Under the pieces are notes generated by a model. The model saw nothing but the letters and a program-made list of their open reading frames with translations, searched no databases and was not told the DNA's origin. A DNA stretch of 64,000 nt from Trichoplax adhaerens (lineage: Eukaryota > Animalia > Placozoa): positions 425,643 to 489,642 of the forward strand of contig NW_002060964.1 in NCBI RefSeq assembly GCF_000150275.1, written 5' to 3'. A program made the position numbers and the translations under genes. Shown piece by piece: positions 25,466 to 37,683 of this stretch (the stretch's first letter is position 1; each line of letters begins with the position of its first letter).

Positions 25466-26078
25466 AGACAATCAAGCTACGCTTATAGCGACGCTACCAA
25501 TAGCAATAATTAGCCATATTAGCTAAAGTTTAGGTAATATCGATCTCTTTAACCATGTAAAAGCGATTGATTGCACTTGATGAACTCAATATTTAACAGA
25601 ATGCTTGGTGTAAAAATCAGTAATTGCAAAGCTGACCCATCACTTCTCATTTTTTTCCTTTTAAATGTTGACATTAATGTACTGTAGTACTGTCGCTATT
25701 TCGGAATTCAAATATTTTCATTTATTCCGTTACAATAAGGAAAAATTCATCAATCGAAGGATTTAACTTACTAGAACAATTTAAGTTGAATTTTAATAAA
25801 ATCTAAATTACAGCAAAGGAAAACGTAAAAAACAAAGTCCCACTGTGAGCTCAAAATGATAAATGCCGTATGATTGTCAGGTGATTAATTGCTTAGCTAA
25901 ATAAATCATCGTATAGAGAACATAATAAGAATTAATGTTAATATTTACTTTAGATATAGCACAAATAATGCATCATAAAAAACAACAGAAGAATAAGAGT
26001 ATTGAAAAGTGTGCTACATGTATTATTAGGAGCTTAGTTGATTAATTTTTTGGGGAAACAAACATTGAAAATCGCGAA

Positions 26079-29000
26079 ATGGCATCTAAATTGCTAACGA
26101 TTCTTTTATTTACAAGTAATAAATTTTAATTGCCTAAGAATAAGGATTTATCAACGCTTGTATTTTTTTCTACTCATTATAACTTATCTTGAATGCAATT
26201 ACTTTATAAAGGAATGTTATTGATGCCCAATTTTAGTTTGCACTTCAAGCTTAAGCGTTGGCAAACAGATTCTTGGTAGTAATTTTTGTACTTGGGGTCC
26301 ATCTTATTGGTGTCAATCGTTTAAAACTGCGGCCGAATGCGGTGCAAACTATCATTGTATGCAGCACGTATGGAGTAAAAATCCGGTAAACGAATTTGCT
26401 TATTGATTAATTGCTTAATTGATGATGTTATATATGAACTGTAAAGGAGTTAACATGCAAATTCTTATTACATAAATAATACGTAATTAAGAGTTTTTTA
26501 CCTGCGAATGGCGGAAATATTAGTTCATGGCTAGAGTTTCAGTTAATGATTTGACTATATCATTTAATACTTTTAAACGCGACGTAAATTACTTAAGCTC
26601 ATATAAGAAAACCAATCAGATAAAAATTATGACCTTCTTGAACGCCATCTGATTGTATAAGGTATCAGTGTTGTATCTTTTATCGTTAAATCATATATAG
26701 TAGGGTACCGTCAATATTTTACATCGAAGAAAATATCCATAAAGGAGCCACTCCTTGGATGTTGCATATAGTATTTTTATATTATGCAAAATAATGACTA
26801 GTCAGTACACAGTTTTTACAAAGTCTGATCAGTTTTAGTATTGCTGACAATATTGATGGAGATAGAAGTATCCTTATTTCTGGGATGATTTCCTTAAATT
26901 CATTGAGGAGCATCAGTTGGGCTACGCACCAGAATTCATGATCACCCAAATTTTTAATTACCAGAGTAAGGACATTTACTAGCTTAAGCGCCCTAGGAAT
27001 GAATATTAATTACTATATCAAGTAAGTGTAAAATCACTTAACAAGTTCTCGCTAGGTTAATTAACGATGGTAGTATTTATTGGAATCAATTTTCTCACTC
27101 TTTTACTTAGTTAATATCCATGCTTATCTAAGTAGTCACTAGAGATCGTGATCGTTATTAATACCCCCCAAAATATCAACGGTTTTCATTACAGAAAGTA
27201 ATTCATTTTATGATATTCACAGATAAGGAGAGTAAGTCCTTTTTATGGTGTGGTTTTAGCGAGACCATCATTCTGGATATTGCATCTTCGATATAGCTTA
27301 CCGTCCACTATTAGAGATAAAAAATTAAGAATTCTATCTGAATCTACTATATTTAAACATCGATATCCGAGAAGCAAATTAATGTCATAAAATCCAGGAA
27401 AGATTCTTTCTATTTTATTACTGATAGAATGGGTTATTCTATATCACAGAAGTACATTCTTTTTAGTTCAATTTTTTATCAAAATTATCAATTTAAAGCT
27501 AAGATTACAACTACTTTATCATTTGTGAAGCCAGAAAATGTATTACCGTTAAATATCTACAACTGGAGCAAATATCGTCTCTAAATAGAATGAAGTTACA
27601 GACTTTAATTGATGTAACATGGCTCCTAGCAAGCTCATATTCTATCTACTTTATTGTAGCCTATCTCTTAATTTTATGGTTTTTGCTCGATTATGACATT
27701 TTGAAAATATTTTTATAGGAGTTAATTTTTTATTTATTATAATTTATTATTTGTTGCTATTAATGAATAAAATATTTAAGATAGAGCACAATGAACAACA
27801 TTACCTTTAATTAGGCCATTTTAATTGACGTAAAATTGCTTTACGTGTATGTTTACAATATGCGTATGAACCGGGTAAATAAACACGAAGGAAAATAATG
27901 CATGCTAACGTAAACACCTCGGGTCGATGTAATTTAGATGAAATAATGGAGTATTTTTTTCTAATATTTGTACAATATAACAAAATCTCGCTGATATGAA
28001 TGCGCCATCTTTACTCTATAGTAGATTTGATAGGCATTCAATTCAAGGTAATTAGCGTTGCGTATATGTACATTATAGTAATCGATTCTTTTACTTTAAT
28101 TAAAATGGCAGCAAGGATTTTGTGGCGGTTTTCTCTGCGATACTTGCGAAGAGCTTGTCAAGGAAGCTATCGATACTGGCAAACTCAAGGTTTCTTACTT
28201 CTTTACTAGTATATTTATTATGGTAAAAATTATAAATTATAATGTTATATTTTTATTTATATTCAGACTGAGATCAAAGATTTCTTGGTAAACTTTTGTA
28301 AGAATGATGTCTCAGATCTCTCTACAACGGTAAGATATCTAAATATGAACGGATATATTCGATGTTAGGTCTAATTTTAATCTTTCTTGATAACTATCTA
28401 ACCCTTGATTAATTGTTATCATCCCACGCTGTATACGTGTAAATGATCAGTAAGCGCTCTTTTAATATGTATTTTTAATTCTAGTGCCAGTATATTGCAA
28501 ATCATGATTTAATGCCGTTTTTGGACAAATTTCTGGATTCAACTGTTAGCAATATAGATTATTTTCTAAGTATTCTTTCAATTTTAAGAAAACTTAAGCC
28601 GAAAAATAGAGCTATAAACTATAATTCTAGTCGTATACAACAAATCTAAATCGAATTCTGTTCTAGTAATTGATGGAATGGAATATAATCTATGCATTAC
28701 TAGTAATAGTTCAGCATATCTTCTGTTCTAGTCATAATACATTGAAATATGAGTATGGTTTTGCACTCATTTTCTCTTTATAAGGCGCCCCAAAAAATAT
28801 GTTCATTATTTGACATGTGCTCATCGACAAGTTCAACGGTAGATAAACTTAAAGAAATCCTTGCTCCTGGCATTGTCCAAAATGTCCTCAATCATGATAC
28901 GATTAAAGACAGTTTAGCTCCTGGTGTAGTGAGAAAGCCGAACTTACATACTATAACCGAAAAGATACAAACAAATAAAGAGGTAAAAATACCTTACCCT

Positions 29001-30944
29001 GATCTCTAATTTAAGAATTAGTACTATTATTGGGAGTACAAATCTTAGGGTTACTTAAACTATTTCTATGACGTAAAATTTAGGATTCTCTAAGCTGCAT
29101 TGTGTGTTCCGTGTTAGTGGGAAAAATTGATTCTGCAATTGGAAATCAAAAGACAGAGGTAAATATCTACCGGTATATATTGTAATAATTTATTCCTTGT
29201 CTGCTGGCTATCTTGATAAGCTATGGATTATAGCGAGGTATCAGCTAATACAATAGCATCGCTTTTCATTTCATAATAAGTCAATGCCATAGGGAACTCC
29301 AATGAAGCTTGATATTATCTTGTAGGATAAGATTGTTGCTGAAACCGACCGCTTCTGTAAATATCTTCCTCAAAGATTGAGTAGAGAGGTGAGTGTGCCA
29401 AGCTTTACATTATTAATCTTATCTGCATGACTAGAATTTCAGTCTGCTTTGATTTCTCGATTTCTTCTCAAAAAATAATTTACAAAAATTTTTCTAGTGC
29501 CTTTGAGCTTAGTTACTGAAATAAGTTTATTTTCATTTCATCTACAGTGCTACATATAGGTAACTGTGCAGTACTACAGTGTACCATCGTAAATATAGCG
29601 CTATAAAGTGGCATAATAGTAATGATATATACGCTGAATACACGAAAATAAATACATATTCCTCACATAATGATTATTAATTTATATGCAAATTTGATAA
29701 TCATCGAAAATGCAATAAAGTGGATTTAGCTAATCAGCCTTCATGTGGCCGCCATTGCCATCATAATTATACCTTATTAAGTGCATAATCTATACTTACA
29801 CGAGATAATCTAAATTCTTCATGTTATACAGTTAAAATATAGTATTAGACCAATTCAATCATTCTATCGCTAGTATCGATGTAATTTTATCTATTATATC
29901 ATCTAGTGCCAAAGCTATGTCAATCAATTTGGTCCTCCAATTTTACAAGCTTTGCTGCAATATTTACCAGCTAAACAAGTATGCGCTTATTACATTAATG
30001 CATGTCCAAAGTCGACACTCGGCAACTACGGTAAGTCGATTTAAGCATACAAGCGCTGTTCAAACATCGAGTTTGCTGAATATCAATACGTAATACTAAT
30101 CTAAAGATAATTGAATCAGGCGTTGAATTAGTTGCTCCAACTAAACTTGCATCAAGTTTTTGCGTTGCCTGCGAAGTAGCAGTTCGAATGGTGGAACAAC
30201 TTATGAAGATCAACAAAACTGAGGCATGTATAATCAACATATAGGGCTCGTAAGAGGGCTGCTTCAGCAAAGCAACTACGTAGACATTTTTGCAATATGA
30301 AATACTAATATTGGCTATATTTGTATAAATAACTAGAATGAAATACTTAATGGCTTTAAAGTACTTTGTAATACCAAAGTACCTGCTGGAGAATTACGAC
30401 AGGCAGTAAGATCTCAGTAACATTATTATAAAACTGCCATCACTTCTTAAGGAATCTAAGTATCCTTTTTGATCACTATTAAATCTTAGTGTAAAGAAAG
30501 CTTGGCAAATGTCAAGTTAATATTCCAAATGCTTAATTCCGATATTTCTCCTTCTAAAGCATGCCAGGTAATTAAACTTTATCACACATAAAATAGAAAA
30601 CAGTTCATTTTAGATACATATCTCTACTGACACTCTTGAACTTTGCTTTAGTTCTTGAGTTTATGCAAAGAGTCTGAAATGGCTCCTAAAACATTGAATG
30701 TTTGTCGTCTTGGTCCTAGCCTTTGGTGTGGAACTAAAATGACAGCCCAGATGTGCAAGGTTTGTTACATCAACGTATAACAAGAGAAAATTATTTCAAT
30801 TATGTTACGCCGACAGATAGGCAATAAATTTTAATAGTTAACTGACTTATTCGCTAAATTCAGAAAACAATCAAATTAACCATGCTATCTTTGTTCTTTT
30901 ATCTTCGTAATATACAGAAACAGCATTATTGCGGTTATCAGTGA
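26079..30944 (+). CDS. PSAP: Prosaposin-like precursor: signal peptide - SapA - linker - 3x SapB - SapA
   Basis: Signal MASKLLTILLFTICTSSLS; SapA CTWGPSYWCQSFKTAAECGANYHCMQHVW; SapB1 CDTCEELVKE..FCKN..CQYI..PQKICSLFDMC; SapB2 CIVCSVLV..FCKYLP..CQSYVNQFGPPIL..KQVCAYYINAC; SapB3 CVACEVAV..LCNT..CKES..PSKACQFLSLC; C-terminal SapA CRLGPSLWCGTKMTAQMCKKQHYCGYQ*. The linker exons (26866-28050) are less certain. Confidence 0.9.
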
Positions 30945-31213
30945 AGAGCTTATGGTTCGGAACATATTTAGCAAACCGATATTGCCTATATCTTGCATTC
31001 TTTAGAAACAGGGTTAAACTGCTTTGTTGTAGTTTTAACGGCATAAATCACTGGTGTTTTGTTGAAATATAATGCTTCATTGTCACCATTGTTGAGATAA
31101 GCATAGATTTGATAGTATAAAATAAACTTACAGACTAAACCAAACATAGATACGATAGTAAAAAATAAATTTATGCACTAAACTATGGGAAAAATAAATG
31201 GCATGTATTCTAT

Positions 31214-31260
31214 CTTGCAATAGTTTATGCGTAACTTTAAATATTATAAACTATTGCAAG
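31214..31260. other. Perfect 15-bp stem hairpin downstream of the prosaposin-like gene
   Basis: CTTGCAATAGTTTAT (31214-31228) and ATAAACTATTGCAAG (31246-31260), with a 17-nt loop. Confidence 0.7.
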
Positions 31261-32346
31261 TATTATCGTAAGGTAGATATCTAGTTTGTGATTGAGATGA
31301 TGTATTTCTAAATTGCTCTAACTATATCCCAGATTAAAAAGGTGGAAATAGAAGACTATTTCTTTCATTGAAACTGATGCATAACCTCAACAGTTGTATT
31401 AATTTCGTTAATAGGTATCATCGGCAGCACTTAGTTTACATTATTTCTTATGATTAATGAGAAAAACTAATTGGAAGGGAAAAAACCTCGCATTCTTTTT
31501 TATTTTTCTGTAATTTTCAGTATTAAAAATAGTAATTCTGTTATCATAAAACTGGTTCTTGACTTAAATTTGAGATAATTTATATTTCAGTAACCCTCAG
31601 CGAAACAGTACAGACGTCTGTTTCTCCTTATAGCTAATAAATTCTAAAGATCCGTTATTTCCTTGATTAGCATGAAAAATGTCTAGTAGTACTCTAGAAT
31701 CCGTCGAAAATTGGTAACATGATAAAGCATTGCAAAATTAATGGCTACCTTACATTCTATTCAAGCATTATGCTCTACTCATCATTTCACTCTCCCACTA
31801 CTGTATCAATGAACATAACATTAATTTGAACATCTTGAAGCTGAGATAATTTATTACTTAAATTGCTCTCGTATAAAACGGTCGAAAGATGGTAATAAAC
31901 GCCTGTTTGATCGCAGTTAATAAATGAGCTATCAAAAGTTGAGGCAATGTATGATAATTTATTTCATGAACAACGCCTAGAGAAGTAGTTTGAAAGGCTT
32001 CGTATGATATGTTTGCTTTGCTTTTATTCTGTAATAATTATCTTAAGCTACAATCTAGTGGTGGATATTGGATGATTCATCCAATAGCTTCTTCACATCA
32101 TAATGCTAAACCCACAATTATTTTAAGCAGTATAAGATAGTTTAGCATGTGAAATTACATAAGGAAGGTTAAATTAGATTTGATAATATCTTTTAATCTT
32201 AAATCTAAAGTTTTTGATAATGAGCTTAGATAACTATTGATAGGCTTGTTTATAGAATAGGCTAATAAGTGATATAATATCAACTATATTTGAAATACTT
32301 TCAGTTATTAATCGTATAGACGATGATTATGTTCAGGATATACCAT

Positions 32347-34704
32347 TTACGGTTTACGCCATTGTAGTAAAAATACTGGAAAGCGATATTCAATAATATC
32401 AGCTCCGGTAGTCTCCATTAAAGCCTCTTGTAATCTATGACAAGAAATTATAGAATTATTCATAGTGATAGTTTCATTATCATAAAACACTACGTCCCTA
32501 TTAGCTATATCAATATTAGATTTCAATCAACTATTTATTCTAAATATAATCCCAATAATTAGTAACTACATGCCATAACTTATTTATCAAGGCATTAATG
32601 TTGGAATAAGGATGGTTTCTAATCAACTGTTTCTTCTGAACGTAATCTTAATAGCTAGTAAATACATGATATATCTTATTCATTAAGGCATTAAAGATGG
32701 AATTCGGACAGTTTTCAATCAACCGTTTCTTCTGAATGTAATCCTAATAACTAGTAACTACATGCCACATTTTATTCATCAAGGTATTAAAGTTGGGATA
32801 AGGATACTTCTTTTAATAGACTTTTCTTACTTTACTCTTAATTCTGGCAATGGATCAGTAGTAGCATCTTGTAAAAGTCGATGATATGTAGCCCATGATT
32901 TAATAAAATTGATAAAATCCTCTAGTGACATACTGCCAGTCATGGACATAGATTCATTCCTATTGCAGTTTTAAAGTTATTAAATTGAAAATGCATAAAT
33001 ATTGTCAGCTGAAGACTCTATTGTATAAAATCTTTATAGCCATAAATCTACCATAAATCTGCTCTAGCTTTCACTTTAATTTGAATTTTCGTATAGGTTA
33101 AAACTGTTAGCTAATACTAATTGCGTAAATAGGCTATATGGTAGATTGATTTTTTACTATGCTGTTCCAAATGTGAGTCAGCAACAACATTGATCTTACT
33201 ATAAACTACTACGGTTTTGGCTCTAACACACTGAAAGATAAAGTAATAGGATAGAGAAATTGCAGAAAATATCATACTTGGTGTGATCACAGTAAGGTAG
33301 AATAACATGGCCATAAGCAGTGTCGTTATACCATTTCTTGACAAAATAATCTCGCAAAGTCACGTTAATAAACTATAAAGTAAAATAGAGTAAGAGATAA
33401 ACGTACAAAGTTAGAATCAATAAAATGAATTTTTAAAACAGAAGCTGTCTCAAGATATGGTCAAAGTATTTAATTTGAAATATAAGAAAAGCTTCGCTAG
33501 CTGTCAATAGATTTGCACGGCTATAGTTGCGGTAGATTTAAAATAAAGTTTGCTACATAAGGATGATCTAAAATGAAATTAATAGAAATATCTAATGGTC
33601 AATAATCTTTACGCAGATTTGACATCCATATGCTCACTTAAAGGTATGCTAAGAAGTTGTTGCAATACGAAATTTGATCCGTTGAAGCGATTGAAATAAC
33701 AAGCTTTGAAGTTTTTGATAGTAAGATTATACTCAAGCAACTAGAGCCAGCTGAGTTATACTTATAATTTTATAAAAGAAAGTAGCAATATGGCTATAGT
33801 GATACTGATGAACAGAGTAACAAATTTCACAGCAGGCTAATAAATTATCAGTTAAAAGCTTTGTCACGCTAATAAATTTCTAGATCAAATCTGAACGTGC
33901 TATAATGTAGAATGCTCGGAAAGAAATAGTGTGCCAATTTAGATGCCGTTAGTGGCTCAATTTAGAAGGCCGATAATCTTTTATCTTAAGGCTAATTTAT
34001 AAGTCTTCGTAAGTTATCATAACGCAATAATTTAAGAGTGATCAGGAATAGATAGGGACTGATTGCACTTTTAGGTGTCATGACGAAATACTGCTGTAGT
34101 CTTTTAAGTGGTAAAAATATTGATTGAACTATTCTATAATACATGGAAATTATTCACTCTGAATATTTTCGTAGACGCTGATGAATATTGGCCGAAAATC
34201 TAGCGTCTCAAAACTTACATGACTTAATAGTTGGTTAGCTTTGTCACAATTAGAAATGGAGCAAACTTTATATGAGTATAAAGCTAGACACCCTGTTCCG
34301 GGTTTTAGAACACGCTCTACTTCAGCGAAGAATTTTTCTTCATCCAAGCAATGTAGCGCTTGTGCACAAGTTACTAGGTCGACACTATTATCATCGCAAG
34401 GCAATTCATATGCTGAACCAGTTTGGAATTGTACATTATGGGTCTGGTTGATGATTTTAGCTTCTGTAATTTGAGCATGGCTGTAATCGAGTCCGATAAC
34501 TTGTTTAAAATATTTACCAAGCGGTTGCGTACATAGTCCTGGTCCGCATGCAACATCGACAGCAAGGTTCCAAGAAGATTTTTTGGCATATTGATGAATA
34601 TAGCTTAAAATTTCTTCATAAATTTGATTTGGATAAGTTGGTCTAAATTTAGAGTAGTTTTGCGAAACCCCTGGGATATTGAAGTAGGTTGAATAAGAAG
34701 TCAT
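32347..34704 (-). CDS. Class I SAM-dependent methyltransferase copy 2 (paralog of 11119-13599, same 4-exon structure)
   Basis: Exon 1 34704 to about 34219 (YSKFRPTYP, DVACGPG, VTCAQALH); exon 2 about 33374-33279 FINVTLRDYFVKKWYND; exon 3 about 32959-32831 MSLEDFINFIKSWATY; exon 4 about 32435-32347 IEYRFPVFLLQWRKP*. Confidence 0.9.
32520..32806. repeat. Tandem repeat, about 96 bp x 3, in intron 3 of methyltransferase 2
   Basis: The unit TAGTAACTACATGCC..TTATT.ATCAAGG.ATTAA.GTTGG.ATAAGGAT..TCAACCGTTTCTTCTGAA recurs. Confidence 0.8.
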
Positions 34705-35139
34705 TTCTTAAGTCATGTAATGACGAATTTCAAGAAAAATGATGTCGCTGGTAATGGCGTTATTTATTAATGACTAAAACGCCATTATGCTAACTTTTCC
34801 ATTGAGAAGTACGGAAATGTAAAGGAGATTAGTATAATAAGATGTGATTGGCTAATCATAAAATAGATTATGCTTCTTTTCAATAGCAATAATCTATTTA
34901 AGGTTAGGAAGAGATCGAAAATAATATTGCATTGAGTTATTGAAAGCATTATGCTTGATACCTTAGAGTCTCTGGTATACTTCATGAACTTAGTGAGCAA
35001 CAAGTATAGTTAGGAAGGCAATAAGTTATCCATATGTTATTATCCCCAGATTAGCATAATTCCATCTTATTTCGATTAAGAAATGCCTTTGTGCAAGATC
35101 AGTATCTCAGGCAAGTTAAAGTTATAGTATATACTGTAC

Positions 35140-35201
35140 GTATTTGTTACAATTTGATCATTCATTCTAAGTATTTGTTACAATTTGATCATTCATTCTA
35201 A
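35140..35201. repeat. Exact 31-bp direct tandem duplication
   Basis: GTATTTGTTACAATTTGATCATTCATTCTAA occurs twice in tandem, about 440 bp upstream of the methyltransferase 2 start. Confidence 0.9.
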
Positions 35202-35449
35202 GCATGTATATCGGCTACCTTGCTGTGGAGCTGATTGACAACTTATTTCTTTATCTAAAATACTAGAATAATCATGAATAATTCTATATTTTGAAATTCC
35301 TACTTTTTAAATAAAAAAATTTAAATAAAGTTTAAATGTGTAATGAAATGAAAAGTGTAGAGATCAAGCTACAAAACTTTAACAAACTTTGATTCTACTT
35401 TCGTTGCACTCTGGTCGACTTAACGCTAATACTTTGACACCAAATAAAA

Positions 35450-36290
35450 TTTAGGGGAAATAACCGAACAAAAATGGAGAGAAGTATAAACCGAACAACC
35501 TTATAAATACTTAGCTTTAAGTATTATTAAAATAAATGACAGACTTAAAAACTATCAACGACCAAACAACCTTTCAAAAAGAAGAACGTTTTAACTTACG
35601 ACAAATTCGACCCCGAAGGCCTTTTAAATTCAACAAGTTCTTCAAATAAAATCTTCTTCTACTCTCTCTTTCAATTTTCTAATTGCACTATCATTTATAG
35701 GCTTCGTAGAGCCCGTCTGAGGTATTTAAAACTAAACATTTGCTAACCAATCGCTCTTAAGATCCTTTTTAGAAAACTACTTTGCACCATTTAAGAAAAC
35801 AAAAATCATTCAAAGTTCAGACACAATTTTCGCACCCTACGATTCCCTTGCAAAACACTATAAAACTAACAAGCTAACTATAAAAATACATCAAATTTCA
35901 TTTCTAACATAATTTCTATCATTAATACACTATAAAAGTCTAAAAGTCAACCTTTAAACATCAAGATTTAGTCATAAAAACAACATTCTAACTACTACCT
36001 AATAATCAACACAACCTCTGCCAATTTCCATCTTATTTTCTATTTTCCTCACTAAATCTCCTAATGTGACTTCAAGTAACGTCATAAAATTCCAAAAGTC
36101 CAAATCTCAAAAATCAACTCTTACGATATTTTTCATGAACAAAAATCCAAAAATTAAAACAGAAAAATTATAATTCAGACATAAATTAAAAATAAACCCG
36201 ACCGGTTCCAAAATAGGAAAATTATATCGGACACAAACCCGACCGGTCCCAGAATCCGAAAACTATATCGGACACAAATCCGGAAAAATT
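35450..36290. mobile_element. Possible highly decayed DNA transposon (hAT-like) remnant with subterminal repeats
   Basis: The segment is strongly G-poor on the + strand. It begins TAGGG with AACCGAAC repeats and ends with a roughly 42-bp duplicated AAACCCGACCGGT..TATATCGGACAC unit. A weak ILFSIFLT..P.VTSS translation resembles the hAT dimerisation domain. No matching TIR or TSD found. Confidence 0.3.
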
Positions 36291-36785
36291 CGCTTTTTAT
36301 GAAGATCACAGTAATCGCTTATCAAAAAAATTTATATGACTACTACGACTACTTTTCTGACATTAGTATCGCTTAGTATTCGCGAGTATTGACAGTTGAT
36401 GTTTTAGCGTCAGATTGTACTGTAACTGTACGAGTATAGACTACATTACAGTACTTTATCGTCATGTTATAAATCCCCTTTCTCTAAGGATAGGGTTTTG
36501 CTACTAAGTCAAATTCCTTTACAATTTGAATAGACGATCAAACGCCCTTTGTTTAGATTAGGCATTTGCTCGATAGGGCTACTTCTATAGTAATCTATAT
36601 AATACCTTGTAAAATAATGAAGAAGAAAAGATGGCGACATGATGATTTGGTAGGGTAAAACTTAAAGACACTATCACTTTGTAGGTATTTTGTATAGTAA
36701 AATAATACTAATTACATACTAAAAACTACAAAGGACTCTACTTTTAGTCCTTTTACTACAAATGAAAGCGACAGTAACACAATGG

Positions 36786-37258
36786 TGTGATATATACCGA
36801 TCACGAAATTCCAAATTTTAGAAAATAAGGGCTTTATTGAATCTTATACAAAGATTAACTACACACAGCTCTACTCTACCCGAATACTACTACTAAAGAC
36901 TTCTAGAACTAACAGAATAATCTAAAGTTGCACGCTTTATATACTTTTCGTAGTATTCGCAGCTACAATCCGCATGGCAACCTTTTACCTTATTTTACAC
37001 ATAGTAAATTATTCTAAGTAACACAATTCTACTATGGACCATCATTAATCCGATATGGATACGACTACAGTATTTACGTAGACATTATTCACACCAGCCA
37101 AAGTACAATGAATTAGCCATATCCTAATATATGATTTACAGTTCTGTTTTTACCTATAACCTTATTAGTAACTCAATACCTTACTGTATGTAGTAGTCAT
37201 CTGTACTCTAGCATAGAGTCTATACCTCTACAGTCTATAGTTATAGCTACCAAATATC
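36786..37258 (-). mobile_element. LTR (family A), truncated by the assembly gap
   Basis: Closely similar (roughly 90% by eye) to the reverse complement of about 46540-47013, with the same TGTGATATATACC terminus. It runs into the N gap. Confidence 0.8.
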
Positions 37259-37308
37259 NNNNNNNNNNNNNNNNNNNNNNNNNNNNNNNNNNNNNNNNNN
37301 NNNNNNNN
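37259..37308. other. Assembly gap (50 N)
   Basis: Run of 50 N. The true size is unknown. Confidence 0.99.
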
Positions 37309-37617
37309 GGGTATAATATACCTTGTCATATGTAGAATTGGAAGTTTAATTTAGATTACTTTAGAGTGATTATTTGATAGTCTGTTACCACTAATTGCTC
37401 TGTGTAGCAGATAGTATGTGATGTAGTTCAGTAATTTATTGAGTTAAGGATAGTGAAGTAAGCAGATAAAGATTAGAATTTGCATATAATCGCAAGTAAA
37501 TCTCATTTATGTTGATAGTTTAGTTAGCTAAGGCAGTAATTCTGTCCTTCTCGATAATCTTTTGATTAACTTGATAAATTTTTTGTAACCAATTCTTATA
37601 AACTTCTGTTTCCCCAT

Positions 37618-37683
37618 TATTCAGTGGCTATTGGATTTACTGTTGGTGCAGCAGTCTCTTTTGGAATTAATGCATTAATTTAA
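37618..37683 (+). pseudogene. Orphan ENT terminal-exon fragment
   Basis: Translates (YS)VAIGFTVGAAVSFGINALI*, homologous to the ENT TM11 C-termini of the paralogs. The rest of the gene is absent or hidden in the gap. Confidence 0.65.

Noticed and set aside
28000-28209. ORF MRHLYS...MAARILWRFSLRYLRRACQ, resembling a mitochondrial targeting peptide
   Set aside because: The +1 frame encodes the SapB start FLCDTCEELVKE, which splices in frame with the downstream saposin exons.
36677-36755. Two small imperfect hairpins beside the LTR
   Set aside because: Short, AT-rich and imperfect; not distinguishable from chance.
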